Shown one piece after another: positions 49,201-61,767 of a stretch of 64,000 bases of DNA. The first letter of the stretch is position 1, and each line of letters starts with the position of its first letter. The notes beneath the pieces were generated by a model. The model was not told the DNA's origin. It was given only the letters and a program-made list of their open reading frames with translations, and did no database searches. The translations under genes were made by a program, and so were the position numbers. Location: the NCBI GenBank assembly GCA_035084275.1, contig CM068742.1, forward strand, positions 46,190,001 to 46,254,000. The letters run 5' to 3'. This stretch comes from Hydrolagus colliei (lineage: Eukaryota).

Positions 49201-50494
49201 ATTGAGTTGCATACTCTCGCTTCTCTCTATATCAAGATGCTTCTCCTGAACTGAATTAAATCTAACTACTGGCTATCTTTCAGTTATCTGAACATTTTAT
49301 TTGAAGCCAATTGGAACTTCATATTGGTACATACAAACAAATCCTTGCACCTCCAGGTCAACCTGTCACATTCCAAGCCCCACTGTTCTTTACCATATGG
49401 TTTGCTTGATTCTTGCTGGAAAATTGTGTTTGAGAAAAGTGTGATTGAGTCAATACAGCAATAGTAGAACACAACCCTGCTTGAAGATTAGGGCCAACTT
49501 ACAACAACAATAGTATTGAACTTTATGGAGAACAGTAATTCACACTGTGGGAGATTTCACGGAGCTGAAAATATGAAAATACTTTTAGACCCACAAAGCT
49601 GCCTATTTGACCTGCTACGTCGACTTTCTAGTACAGTGCAAGTTTATACACACTGCACTCTTTGTAGCCGGGAGATGCAGCCTAGTATTATAGCTATCAG
49701 TCGCACCCTCCTCAGTCACAACATGACTACAGTAAGTTTGGGATAGCTGGCAGTCAGGAAAAATAGTCATTCAATTGCATCTATAATATAATATAATATA
49801 ATATAGGTCTGGGCAGAAGTCCTTGTAGTTTCTGAAATGACAGGTCAAACTTTCATTCACTGACCCCCACCCACCCCATCCCACACAACAGTCCCAACTA
49901 ATCCTATACATCTATCAGTAAAACACCCCAAAATGAAAACTAAGAGCGACCCCAGAGCACCCCTCTGGTTGGGTGCAAGTCTCCAAATCAAATTCTCCCC
50001 CAAATTCTATAGTTATATGAAAGCCTTCCCATGCCATCCCCAAATCTAAGATGGAACATAAACAGTACAAATTGAATGAAGAAAATTATGGCCCCATCAG
50101 GTTACTCTAAAGTGCTCCAAGTCACACTTAAGTGCTCAGCTTGAACAGACACAACCCACTTTAAAGAGAAACATTTTATTGCAATAACATTGAGTGGTTG
50201 TAAATTTGAAAAGTGAGTACTGTAGTTCTTTTGTCTGATTCAAATTCTGGTTGAATCAGAATGGTAAGCTTATTTTAAAAAATTAGCATCTTCTTTACTG
50301 TTCATAAAATGTTATTGTTAATTAATTTTATTGTTATCCCTTTTAGTAGGGATTTATATGCTACTCAGCTCAAAAGATCACAAGATCGGTTGCAGATGAA
50401 GAAGACCCTTCAGCAAATCTAATCTTATTCTGCTAGAATACTCAACTATTTTCTGAATCCTTGCCTCAACCAAATCTATTACAGTCATTAATTA

Positions 50495-50979
50495 GCCCCG
50501 CGACCACATCACTCACATCCTCGCCCAGCTCCATTGGCTCCCCATCCCACAAACGATCAAATTTAAGATCCTCGTCCTCACTTTCAAGGCCATCCATGGC
50601 CTTGCCCCCTCCCACCTCTCTGAACTGCTGACTCCCTATTAACCTGCCAGCCTACTTCATTCAGCAGGCTCTGGTCTGCTCCATGTCCCCCGCTCAACCC
50701 GCTCTACCACCAGTGGACAGGCTTTCAGCCTTTCTGCCTCCATACTCTGGAACTCCATCCTACAGTCCCTTGCCTCACTTCCCCCTTGCCTCCTTCCATG
50801 CCGGTCTCAAGATCCTCCTCTTCGATCTTGCCTTCTGCTGTCCTCCCAACTCTCTCCCTCCTCTTCCCCCTACCGTACCCCTCCCTCTTACCGGGTCCCG
50901 ACCCCTGACTGTTCAGCACCTTGGGATGTCCTCCCACTGTGAAAGGCGCTCTAAAAATGTAATTTTGGTGTTGTTGTTG
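50495..50979 (+). mobile_element. L2 LINE 3' fragment
   Basis: Encodes RDHITHILAQLHWLPIPQTIKFKILVLTFKAIHGLAPSHLSELL (L2 hallmark LHWLP...I.FKI), then the tail. Confidence 0.88.
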
Positions 50980-51149
50980 TGTAGCCCCTGGGTACAGAAA
51001 TATTTCCTGGTATCTATCCTGAAATTGCCCCTTGCAATTCTAAAACTATGTTGTCTTATTCCACTGTCTTGGTGCATTGGAATGTATCATTTTGGATTCA
51101 TTTCTCCTGGCAATTAAACTCTTGTATCCTCTCTGAGATTGATAGCTTT

Positions 51150-51283
51150 ATTGTGGATAAAGGGATTAAGGGATATGGGGATAAGGTGGAGTTAGAATAG
51201 ATCAACCATGATCTTATTGAATGGCAGGGCAGGCTCAAGGGGCCAAATGGCCTACTCCTGCTCCTAATTCTTATGTTCTTATG
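51150..51283 (+). mobile_element. CR1-type LINE 3' end
   Basis: aagggatatgggg...gatcaaccatgatcttattgaatggc...ggctcaaggggccaaatggcctactcctgctcctaattcttatgttcttatg with short terminal repeat. Confidence 0.75.
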
Positions 51284-54200
51284 ACAGTGGCAGCGCTACT
51301 TTTGCATATTTCACACGCACAGTGAAAGCAGTGGTTGGATGGGTGTCTGACACATGCAAAAACCCATCATCCCTGCAAAGAAAGTGACATCAGCAGAAAC
51401 CTGATGACCGGAAGGCAACGAGGTTTAGCTTGAGAAGCCATCTCGTCAGCATTGAAACCAGAGTATCCTGTGTTTAACATATAACATCGGTACACAGTAT
51501 ATCTGTACTGTGAGTGGACCCATGCCAAACCTTATAACATTGTCACCATGTGCTAAGCCACTAACTAGAAGCTAACTCACCAATTTATAACAAATTATCA
51601 AGACTGTTGTGGGTAAATGCCAGAACCATTCTTTGAAGATAAGCCAGAAGCAACTGGGTGATCTAAAACATAAGCAGGCTCCTGCAGCTATTATTAGTGT
51701 CAATAATGATGCTGTTTTTGTGACAGATACATACAATGAAGCTCTTTTGAGTATTACAGCAGCAAAGAGAGGAAAAATGAGCTGCCTACGATTGTGATAA
51801 ATTATGCTTAATCCATTTCTAACAATACCGATTTTGATTTATGTCAGATTGTGCACTTTTCCAATGGATTATTATCTAAAATTCTGAGTATAATGTCGAT
51901 GAGTCATTTAATGCCAACATCTGCATTTAATGTATCAAGATTATGATAAATGAAAATGTAAGCTCCTTCGATTGTCTAGTTGGTAAATCCACTTCTGAAT
52001 GCAACAGTAAGCTATGTGGAGCATATGCAGGTTCAAATTCTGGTCTGCATTGACTGAGCTGATCTCATCTGCAGCTAGCGCCATGGGACTCTATCCTGCA
52101 TGAAGGGCGCTATATAAATGCAAGTTGTTATTGTTATTGTTCCCAGTGCTTTGGGACGTCCTCCTGACGTGAAAGGTGCTATACAAGTTTAATTTTGTTG
52201 TTGTTATTTGAAAGCACTAGAGTGGGTCATACTGGCCTAGGATTATGAGGGGGAAAACTTTGTTTTCCTCTGCTTATTGCTGTCTGTGGGTTAGAGTGTT
52301 AATTTGGAAGCCAGTTCTGTTTGGGGGACTGCAGCAAAATGAATTTTCCAAAATTCTGCACACAGTATTTTTGTTTTCTATTTTGTGTGTCCAATTATTT
52401 TTCTAATTCTCTTCCTAGTGGTATATACCTCCCAGCCTATGGTTTGGCCTCCTCTACGAAGGTATGGATCCATAAGCACTGGTTATCCCATCACAGGATT
52501 TTATCATAAGAGAGGTTTGGATAGAGAAAATCCTTCAGCCTATTTGATCTCATCCTTTCAGAATACCCACTCTACCATTTTCCCATCACAGCATCAAACT
52601 GTTTGTTAAAGTGTAGCATCTTGACCTCAACCACCCTTTCTGATTACCTGTTCCTCTGGTTAAAGAAATACTTGTCCTGAAATTGCTTTTTGTAACCCTC
52701 AACCTCTGTCTTCTTGTTCTGCTGTCTCAGTGCATTCACAAAAATTGTTCTAGGTTTACCACAACAACAACTTGCATTCATATCATTCTCTTGATGTAGG
52801 TTAGCTTCTAAAAGTGTAGTTTACTTTCTCAATCCCTTTTGAAATCTCGTATACTGGTATAAGGCCCCCTGAGATGCCTCCTTTTAAGACTGAAAAAACA
52901 GCCCTCTGAGGTGCCCACTTTTAATTCATTCCTCAGAATTCACTCAAACGCTTCATTGCCCTCCTCATCCTTGTTGCTCTCCTCTTTATATGCCTACAGT
53001 ACCTGGGCAAACCACTTGTGTAGCATGCTGTTCCTGGGCATGATTAGTGATTCTGTTTAGTGATCTTGAACCAGATCACTCAACAGATGACTTTTGGAAT
53101 CTGAACCCCAAAGATTTCATAATCTTGTCTGAAGCTCCGGTGCAGTATTGAGTTGGTTGACTGTTAAGCATTGTTGGGTGACATGTTAACAACAACAAAA
53201 TTACACTTGTATAGCGCCTTTCACATCAGGAGGACATTAAGCCAAGAACCCACCTCCATGTTCTTCTAGTGTGTTATTGGGTGTCAAAGATTCTAAAGAA
53301 CAAGGAGTTAGTTGCAAGTTATATCTTTGCTTTCAATGAATAAATCGATATTGCATCGATACTGTATTTGGTTGGCCCAATCTCTTTTACTTGTGTCTGA
53401 TTAATCTGATCATTTGCAATCCGAACAAATCCAGGTTTTCCAAATGTGTTTGAATAAATCTGGTCTGAATGTACTTACTGTACTTTAAAATATCAGTTCA
53501 CTTGATCTTCTGATGGGGAGATCAAAGGGTATTAGCAATTTAAGCGCTGTGTTCTGATTTTGTTTTAAAGATTAAATTGAACTGTAATCATCCAAATTCC
53601 ACAAAAAGCAGATTAACTGCCTCTTCATCACGTTGTTGTTTGTGGGCCATAACTGGTGCAAACTAGCTATAGCATTTGCCTACATGCAAACAGTCACTGT
53701 GCTTTAAAATAACCCCTGAAGTGCTTCTAAATGCTTTGAAGCAATAAGGGACAATTATTCCTATGTCTCTTAACTAGTGATTACACACAAACAGTTCAAT
53801 TCAGAGATTTGTGTAGTTTTGTCAGAATGGCGAGCCACACCGAACAAAGTTTAAGAATGCTATACTGCCTACAGCAACAACAACAAAATTACACTTGTAC
53901 AACACCTTTCACATCTATGACCCCAATCACCCCCACCTGCTTGGGTCACTTCACTTAAAGTCAGTTCATTTTATAGTATATTCTGTGAAGCGTTTGAGAT
54001 GTCTCAAGGGTGCGATAAGGCATTACATCAAATACAATTATTATTATGATGCATTGAACAGACTTGAAAATGATCCTGCAAGTAATACTTAATACCAGTC
54101 ATTGATGGTGATTATATGGTCCTTGGCTCATTTCATGTCAACACACACTTTAGATGAGGTCTCCAAATTTCCCACAGGATTGAGAACCAACATCATTCTA

Positions 54201-54696
54201 CCCAGTTACATTTGCGGATCTAGCATTAGAGTTGGCTCTTGCACCAAACCAGGGAATGCATTCCAGTGTCTGCGGTTGGAAATGTTGTTCACTGACTTAT
54301 TCATATTTTTACGCTGCCCCATTCCAATGCATTCGTAACTGAAGATTTGTCACATAGCTGACCTGCTTTGTGACAGTATTATGTGACTAAATTAGGAACC
54401 GCAGACATAAGGAACTAAAGATTATTAGCATTGTGCATGTGGACAACTCATCAGTGTTTTTTCAGAATGAAATGACAAATATTTGTACTTTACCCTTCAC
54501 TTTTAGCACATAAATTAGTGTAGGACTGGAAGGGCTGAGGGATGTTGTGAAGTACTTCACTCAGGGTTCTTTGAATGTATTTGAGTTTGTGTCTGTATAA
54601 CCATCCATAAAATTGATAACGTTTTAACGAGAATCCTTATTATTTCCTCAATTACTGTGTAACTAGTTACTATGATGGATTGGCTTGTCCTCTCAT

Positions 54697-55005
54697 GGAG
54701 TCCCGTAGCTCAGTGGTTAGAACATTCACCTTGCAAGCGAGAGGCTTCCCGGTAGGGCAAAACCTTAGGTAAGTTCCCTTACTCCACACGCCTGATAATA
54801 ATTCCTCAAGAAAAAAAAGCAATCATATTATAGCACCTGAATCCACAACTGTTTGTGGAACACAGCTGTGTGCAATTGGCTGCCACGTTTCACCCACAAA
54901 AATGCAGTCAATTCACTTTACAGTACTGTATGTATTCCGTGAAGCGCTTTGAGACGTCTCGGAGACATGAAAAGCGCTATATTAAATGCAAGGATTATTT
55001 ATTAT
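54697..55005 (+). mobile_element. tRNA-derived SINE with B box deleted
   Basis: Same family as 14459; loop cttgcaa (anticodon TGC); GGTTCGATT segment missing. Confidence 0.85.
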
Positions 55006-57071
55006 TTAATTCTCTGAGCCCTTCTTTAAAAAAATGTTGTGGAGAAGCTGGATATTACTGGCTTTCAGTCCAGTCACCTCGCTGTCAGTATTAGTCACCC
55101 TACATGTTCTCCCCTACAGCTCACCTGGCTGCTGTTCACAACGTGAGGACAGGAAATTATATGATCCGTGCTTTAATGAATGAGCGATTAGAAAACACCG
55201 AATGTTATTTTCAAGGATAAACTATGTTAATGACGGGCTGCATTGAGAGATGTTATGGTCTGTTCTGATCAGTAATTCGGTTCCAATTTCTCAAAAAAAA
55301 ACAAAGGGTCATTTGTGTGGGTGGGTTCTGATTTTTCGTGCTATATTGAACAAGCTGCTTTGATAAACTGCGCATGAATATGTGTTGTTAGCTGGTAGAG
55401 TTCAAATAAGTGGGCAGATGTATGACGTTATTTTGTATGTACAGTACAGTATATAAATATCAGGACTTACTGTGGCATCTTGACAAATCTGACACTCTTT
55501 AACTGTGCAGTCCAGCAATCTGTTAGACGTCAACTAATGTGATTTCAGAACTGCTGGTGTCATTTGATTTGTACGTGAATAGATGACTCCCCCCACACAT
55601 CCCCCCCAAAAAAAAAATTGTAGACGATAGACTTGACCAACAAAGTGTGCTGCCTATGAAACCCAAATCCATCAGATTGTCATGTGTATTCTTATGAGTA
55701 GATTTAATCCAGCAGTAAACCTACTCAGTGTTGGGGTGGGGGGGGGGGGGGGGGATAGATCACCTCGCCTGCTGTTAGATGTGCAAATCCCTTCATAAAT
55801 GTGAACAGTTCAATCAAATAATAAGTACCCAGTCTCCTCACTACCAGGGATACTATCTATCAACCACAGCAGCAATTTGCATTCAACGTTAACTGATAGT
55901 CTTTCACTGCAGTTTACCACCAACACACACACACTCCCTGATATCCTGCCTGTGATTCCACCCAGTAAACAGCAGTCCATCCTCCCAGCTCTGAGGAACC
56001 CCAGATTGCATGTCACCTTGGCAGAGACCTGCACCCCGGTTATCACGTGTGAAATATTTTGAAACATAGCCTCTCCTCCGTTTCGAAGAGGATATCACAC
56101 ATCAGCATCAGGACTGATCTCCTATTGTAGACGCGCAGTGGCTTGGAGGCACACACAGCCATAAAGCGGTGAAACTGCTCAGGAGGAACGTGGATTGGTT
56201 TCCACGGTGGGGGGGAGACACACGGGTTTAGCAACCAGGTGCAGTTTCCACGTGTACGGCTTGTTTGTTTACATGGGCAGTAACACCGGGTCGCCCTCTC
56301 TCTGTTTCCACTTGAAATTGCTGATAATAGCTTGACCCTCGGAGGGGGGGGGGGGGGGCGAGTGCAAGGTCACAGGCGCCAGAGGCCAGGACCCTCCAGA
56401 CACCTGAGCCAATACCACCTGTTACAGTGATTTATACAAATACATATATATATATATATATATACACATGTGCATCCTACACCCTCCAGGCTTCACGAGA
56501 GGGCGTCCCGGCTGCTGGGTTTGCACCCAGACAGGCGCCGGGAGGATGGCCCTGACTGTCCCCAATCCCACATATCCAGTTGTTCGATAATAAAACGTGT
56601 CAGGAACAAAACTGCAAACGTCAAATATTTTGCGCGCGTATCAATCGTTTAGTCGAAAAGGCTGACCTGGGCCGGGGTAAACTTTGCCGAGACATGGGAA
56701 TGGGAACGGGGAGCGTCCTGGCCGACGATGAGCGCCAAGGAAATCGTTCCACTTTTATCGCGAACTTCGTTTCCGACACCAGGGCTCAGGGAAGAGCCTG
56801 GTTTGCAATGCCCGCTGGTGGGCATCGTGATTCACACGTGTGCCAGTCGATAATCACTATCGATCACCCGGGGGTGGCTGGGGGGTGGGTGGAGAGGGTT
56901 GGGGGGGGGGGGAATGGGGGCGGGGGGATAGGTAGGGGATAAATGGAGGCGAATTCCAGCTAGCTCGGTGCACGTGTATCAACGATTATGGTCAAGGAAA
57001 CTTTACAAGGAACGTGCGCTTTAAAATGTGCTTTAAAGTTCAATTGTTCAACTTGGGTTCAATCAATTAAT

Positions 57072-57405
57072 NNNNNNNNNNNNNNNNNNNNNNNNNNNNN
57101 NNNNNNNNNNNNNNNNNNNNNNNNNNNNNNNNNNNNNNNNNNNNNNNNNNNNNNNNNNNNNNNNNNNNNNNNNNNNNNNNNNNNNNNNNNNNNNNNNNNN
57201 NNNNNNNNNNNNNNNNNNNNNNNNNNNNNNNNNNNNNNNNNNNNNNNNNNNNNNNNNNNNNNNNNNNNNNNNNNNNNNNNNNNNNNNNNNNNNNNNNNNN
57301 NNNNNNNNNNNNNNNNNNNNNNNNNNNNNNNNNNNNNNNNNNNNNNNNNNNNNNNNNNNNNNNNNNNNNNNNNNNNNNNNNNNNNNNNNNNNNNNNNNNN
57401 NNNNN
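57072..57405. other. Assembly gap
   Basis: Run of N. Confidence 0.99.
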
Positions 57406-60400
57406 ACTGGCTGGCCGTTTACAACATGACACCAATACATGTTTCTACACAACCAGACCTTATTTATTTATGTTTAACACTAACTGTAAACGCCAAGCTT
57501 CGGGGACGTGTCTGCACTGTGGTACCAGAGAGATCTGTGTGTGTGCTGTTGAATGTGTTTCCCACGCTATCATCAACCCCTCAATTGTAAGCCGCTCTGG
57601 CTGTTACATCTGTCTCCAAACTGTTTGATGTCCAGATTGCTCTGTCCCTTTTCCCATTCTGCCGCTAGAGTTCGCTGATTAATCGGAGCTGTATTTATCA
57701 TACGTTACGATTCACGTTCATTGTCGCCAATTAAACCAAAAAATACTTTAAAACTTGCGATTATATTAAACTACCGACGCCTCGTTTATTTTAATCATGA
57801 ACGTTGCACCGACATTCAAAGGGAATAGAAAGTCAAAAGGATCTTCACAACAGACCAATTCGGGGGCGAAAGTTTTTCCTTCTTCTAGGTGAATTAGTTG
57901 ACTTGGGCGGAAAAAAGTTATTCTACCCACAGCCGAAGGATACAAGGTAAATGTAAATTTACGGGTTGCAGGGTAGCGCGTTTTATAATGGGTATTTTAT
58001 TTTACTCGGCGAATAGTCATTCTCCCGAGAAGTTAGCAAAGTTCTGAACGTTAAATAATGTACTAATTTTGCTTTGACTATTGGGGTGTAAATATCACTG
58101 ATAGACTCTGGTGAGACACTTTCTTACATTGATCCATCCCAAAGTTGGTCAAAATTAGATATTGAACTGCGGTAGCCCAATACTGACATCATTATTTGAA
58201 TGCGTTTTGCACCTAAAACCTGAACAAAATCACATTTTCCTTGATGCCATGTTACTAAGGTTTAATTTTTTTAAAAAGTATAATGTTAAAAATCACTGCT
58301 TCAGTTTAAAAAGTCCACATATTGTGAAGAATTGGTGAGGCGAATGGCAATTTCCATCATATTGGATCGATAATATTTCACAATATAATAATATGTTTCT
58401 TCTGATTTCACTGTACTGTACTTACTGTTTCTTCTGACTCTTGTTTTATGTGTTGTTTAAAAAGCCAACTAAAATATAAATATGAATATTATTGGTTAAA
58501 AAAGATGTAATCCTTGCCTTTGATTCTAGACGCCCCAAAGCGCTTCACATAATATACTGTAAAGTGAATTTACGGTATGTTTTGTGGCGAAATATGACCA
58601 TAATGCAACATATGAAGTGATGTGTACTTTCTAACATTTCCACTAATTGTTAAAAATGACAGAAAATAACGTGTTACATACTTTTATAGTTCAAAGACAA
58701 AACTATTTAAAAAAAACTGTTTTGCCTTTGAACCGCAAAGATATGGATTATACTTTATGTACTATTTTCTACTAGTTTTGTAATGTTAGGATAAAATATA
58801 GTTATTTATGCTTGTACCCTCATTCGATGTGTGTTTCGTTCTTAATAAGATAATGGGCCATTAATTATTATTAATAATATTAAATGTTTCTCACACATGT
58901 GATTGCACACTATGAAAGGTAGTTATCACATTTCGTTTTGTGCAGTTGATTGCCCTTAAGTAAAAAATGAAATGCATTAATATTTCTGTTAAACGAATAA
59001 ATATGTCACACTGTGTCTTTTACCCACTAGATCCGTTTTTGTGAACAAGATGTTTAAAATAGGAAACTCCTACTCAATGTCTACATCACAACTTCGCAGT
59101 TGATATCAAGTCATGTACCAGGTCACACCAAAATAGCTTTGTCTTTTCATTTCCAAGTGCATTGATAAGGTACAGACTCCTGGGCTTGTAGAATGATATT
59201 AATGGTAAAAGTGAATAAAATTATTTATCTTCATTGAATGCCAAACCTAATGTATATGAAGTGCCTCGTTCAAACACTAGGTAGTAGTCAGATTTCCGAG
59301 AATTGAAGCTGCTCATGTAGTTAAAATCAACATTAATGGTTAGGGAATAATGTGGGCTGGTGTGATCATTGTAACCATGGTTCCTATCATTAGATCGTGT
59401 GCTGTACATGAAAATACAACCCGGTATCTAAGGAAGGTGACAAAAAGAAAGTTTGCTTTGTAACCCTGGGTATTGTTCTCCACGCACTAATTGTTTTTAG
59501 TTTTTTTCTACATTCTATTGAAGAAACAACAACAAAACAATTTACAGTTGTAGAGCTCCTTTCACGTCAGGGGGGCGTCCCAGGGGCGGTGGGGAGGGGG
59601 GGACTGTAGAAATCTTCAAAAAATTGTTTGTTCAAATCTTTTTTAAATTCAGTAATAATGGCACTTTTTTATAAAAACAAAAATACTATACTGCAGCATA
59701 TGAAGGTGCGTTTTCAGATATATTAATGCGTCGTCAGTAAATCTATTGTCCCCGTCCATTTAATAGAATGAAAACACAAATATTGAGCTTTTAAATTTTT
59801 TTAAAAACGCCCCCCTCCCCCCCCCCCCCCCCCCCCACACACACACACCGTCTCGACCTGGTGGTGAATGAAGGAAACTTTCCAGGTAGCCAATCTGTAG
59901 GAGATTCCATCAAATACTTAAATTTGATACTCAATGTCCTCATATACTCAAAGCTCCAGAGAACAGAGTTCTCTCTCTGCCCACTGTCTCTGGACAATGT
60001 TGTCGCGTTTGAATAAATATGGTATTTTAAAAAGATGCAAAATGCACAGAGCTTTATTCAATCTGTTTAATCGCAAGAGAAGACTCAGTTATTTATCTAG
60101 GACTGCGGTTATATTCCGATCATTATAAAACACTGTCTGATGTGACTTGCAGATTGTTATATTTGTTTCGATTTTCTCTCTATACGATACACTAACATGC
60201 TTTCAATTATAATGTAAAAATCCATCTCTAGATGGATCTCTAGATGGATCCATAGAGAATCAGAAGAGACAGAGAATATCTGTACTGTACCACTCTGCAA
60301 GTTTTTATTTATTATCTAGGGCAACGATTTTTTTTACTGCAATGAGTACACATATAATAGAAGTATGTTGGTATTTGGATAGCGTAATATAATGGAAACA

Positions 60401-61567
60401 TGCAGCATTATAACAAAGTGAAATAAAATAAATGATACAATACAAAATAGAGTCATACTAGCAAAACAACACAAAAACTGTTTTTACCTTTCCTTTCAGA
60501 TATTAAACTTTTTTTTAAGGAAAAATAAAGCTATGGAATGTCATTTTACACCTTGGGGTGAAACGCAGAGGTCTTAAAAAGTGTTGCCCAAGAAGCGGTA
60601 AAGCCATTAAATACTAAAATGCCTCTGAAAATATTATTACAAATGTAATGCATTAGGATGCAAATAAGTATTTTTCGAGAAACAAAAATAAATGCGACAT
60701 TTTGCCCAGTGTGAAATCAATTAACTGTTCGATTATTGCAAATTTCCGTAGCACCCAAAAAACTGTTTTTTTTAAAAAAAAGTCAACAGAAAATACTTGC
60801 ATACAGTGCGTAGAATAACAATAACACCAATGGCAGCAGCTTAGCTCTGTTGATGGGATGCCTTCTGTTGAAACATCCATTTCTCAATACTTGTTAACAG
60901 GATTTCTCACCCCCATGTAAAAGCGGATGAGTTATCCCACACACTCCTGTTAATAAATAATCTGCTAAAGTTATCGATAATTAGTTAACATGACATTTCT
61001 CAGGTGATTATCCCCAAAGTATTAATGCCAGTACCATATAAACTTTTTACTGAGGAACTAAACTGGTTAGGCTCTCTGACTAGTCAGCGATTGCTGTCTA
61101 AATAAAGCTCTTTTGTCTTTTCTTTCAAAGCGGATTTCGCTATGAACCGTTCGGTTGGGAATAGCCCGCACAAGACATGATGCAGACAAGTTTTTTCCGT
61201 TCAAAAGTGTTTAAAAGCGATCCGTCGATCGCTTGTGATATTAAATTACATCCAAACCAACTTGTTCTGACTTTTGCAAATCTAAACTTTCCGGCGCATC
61301 CACTGTCGTCCCACAGAATGCTGCGATTTCACAGCATTGGTCACATCACCAGCCGTTTTACTCTTTGGATTTCACGGAACTGTAACTCTAACTCCCTCTT
61401 TGCGGCGGTCTAGAGTCTATTAATTGCCCGCCTTTATAGCCCGAAAACCGCCGAGACTCTCAGTTTCAGTGCAAACACTAACATTGCATTTTTCTTCTCA
61501 AGTGAATGGATGCATTTTGGAACCGGAAATTAATCATTGCAATCGCGCTGTATCGAGGCATCGCACA

Positions 61568-61767
61568 NNNNNNNNNNNNNNNNNNNNNNNNNNNNNNNNN
61601 NNNNNNNNNNNNNNNNNNNNNNNNNNNNNNNNNNNNNNNNNNNNNNNNNNNNNNNNNNNNNNNNNNNNNNNNNNNNNNNNNNNNNNNNNNNNNNNNNNNN
61701 NNNNNNNNNNNNNNNNNNNNNNNNNNNNNNNNNNNNNNNNNNNNNNNNNNNNNNNNNNNNNNNNNNN
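61568..61767. other. Assembly gap
   Basis: Run of N. Confidence 0.99.

Noticed and set aside
50912-50932. REST/RE1 site (TTCAGCACC) in an L2 tail
   Set aside because: Only the left half-site matches; GGACAG right half is absent, and it is part of a high-copy tail.
56988-57590. Long ORFs spanning N runs (also 61424-61979)
   Set aside because: Artefacts of assembly gaps.
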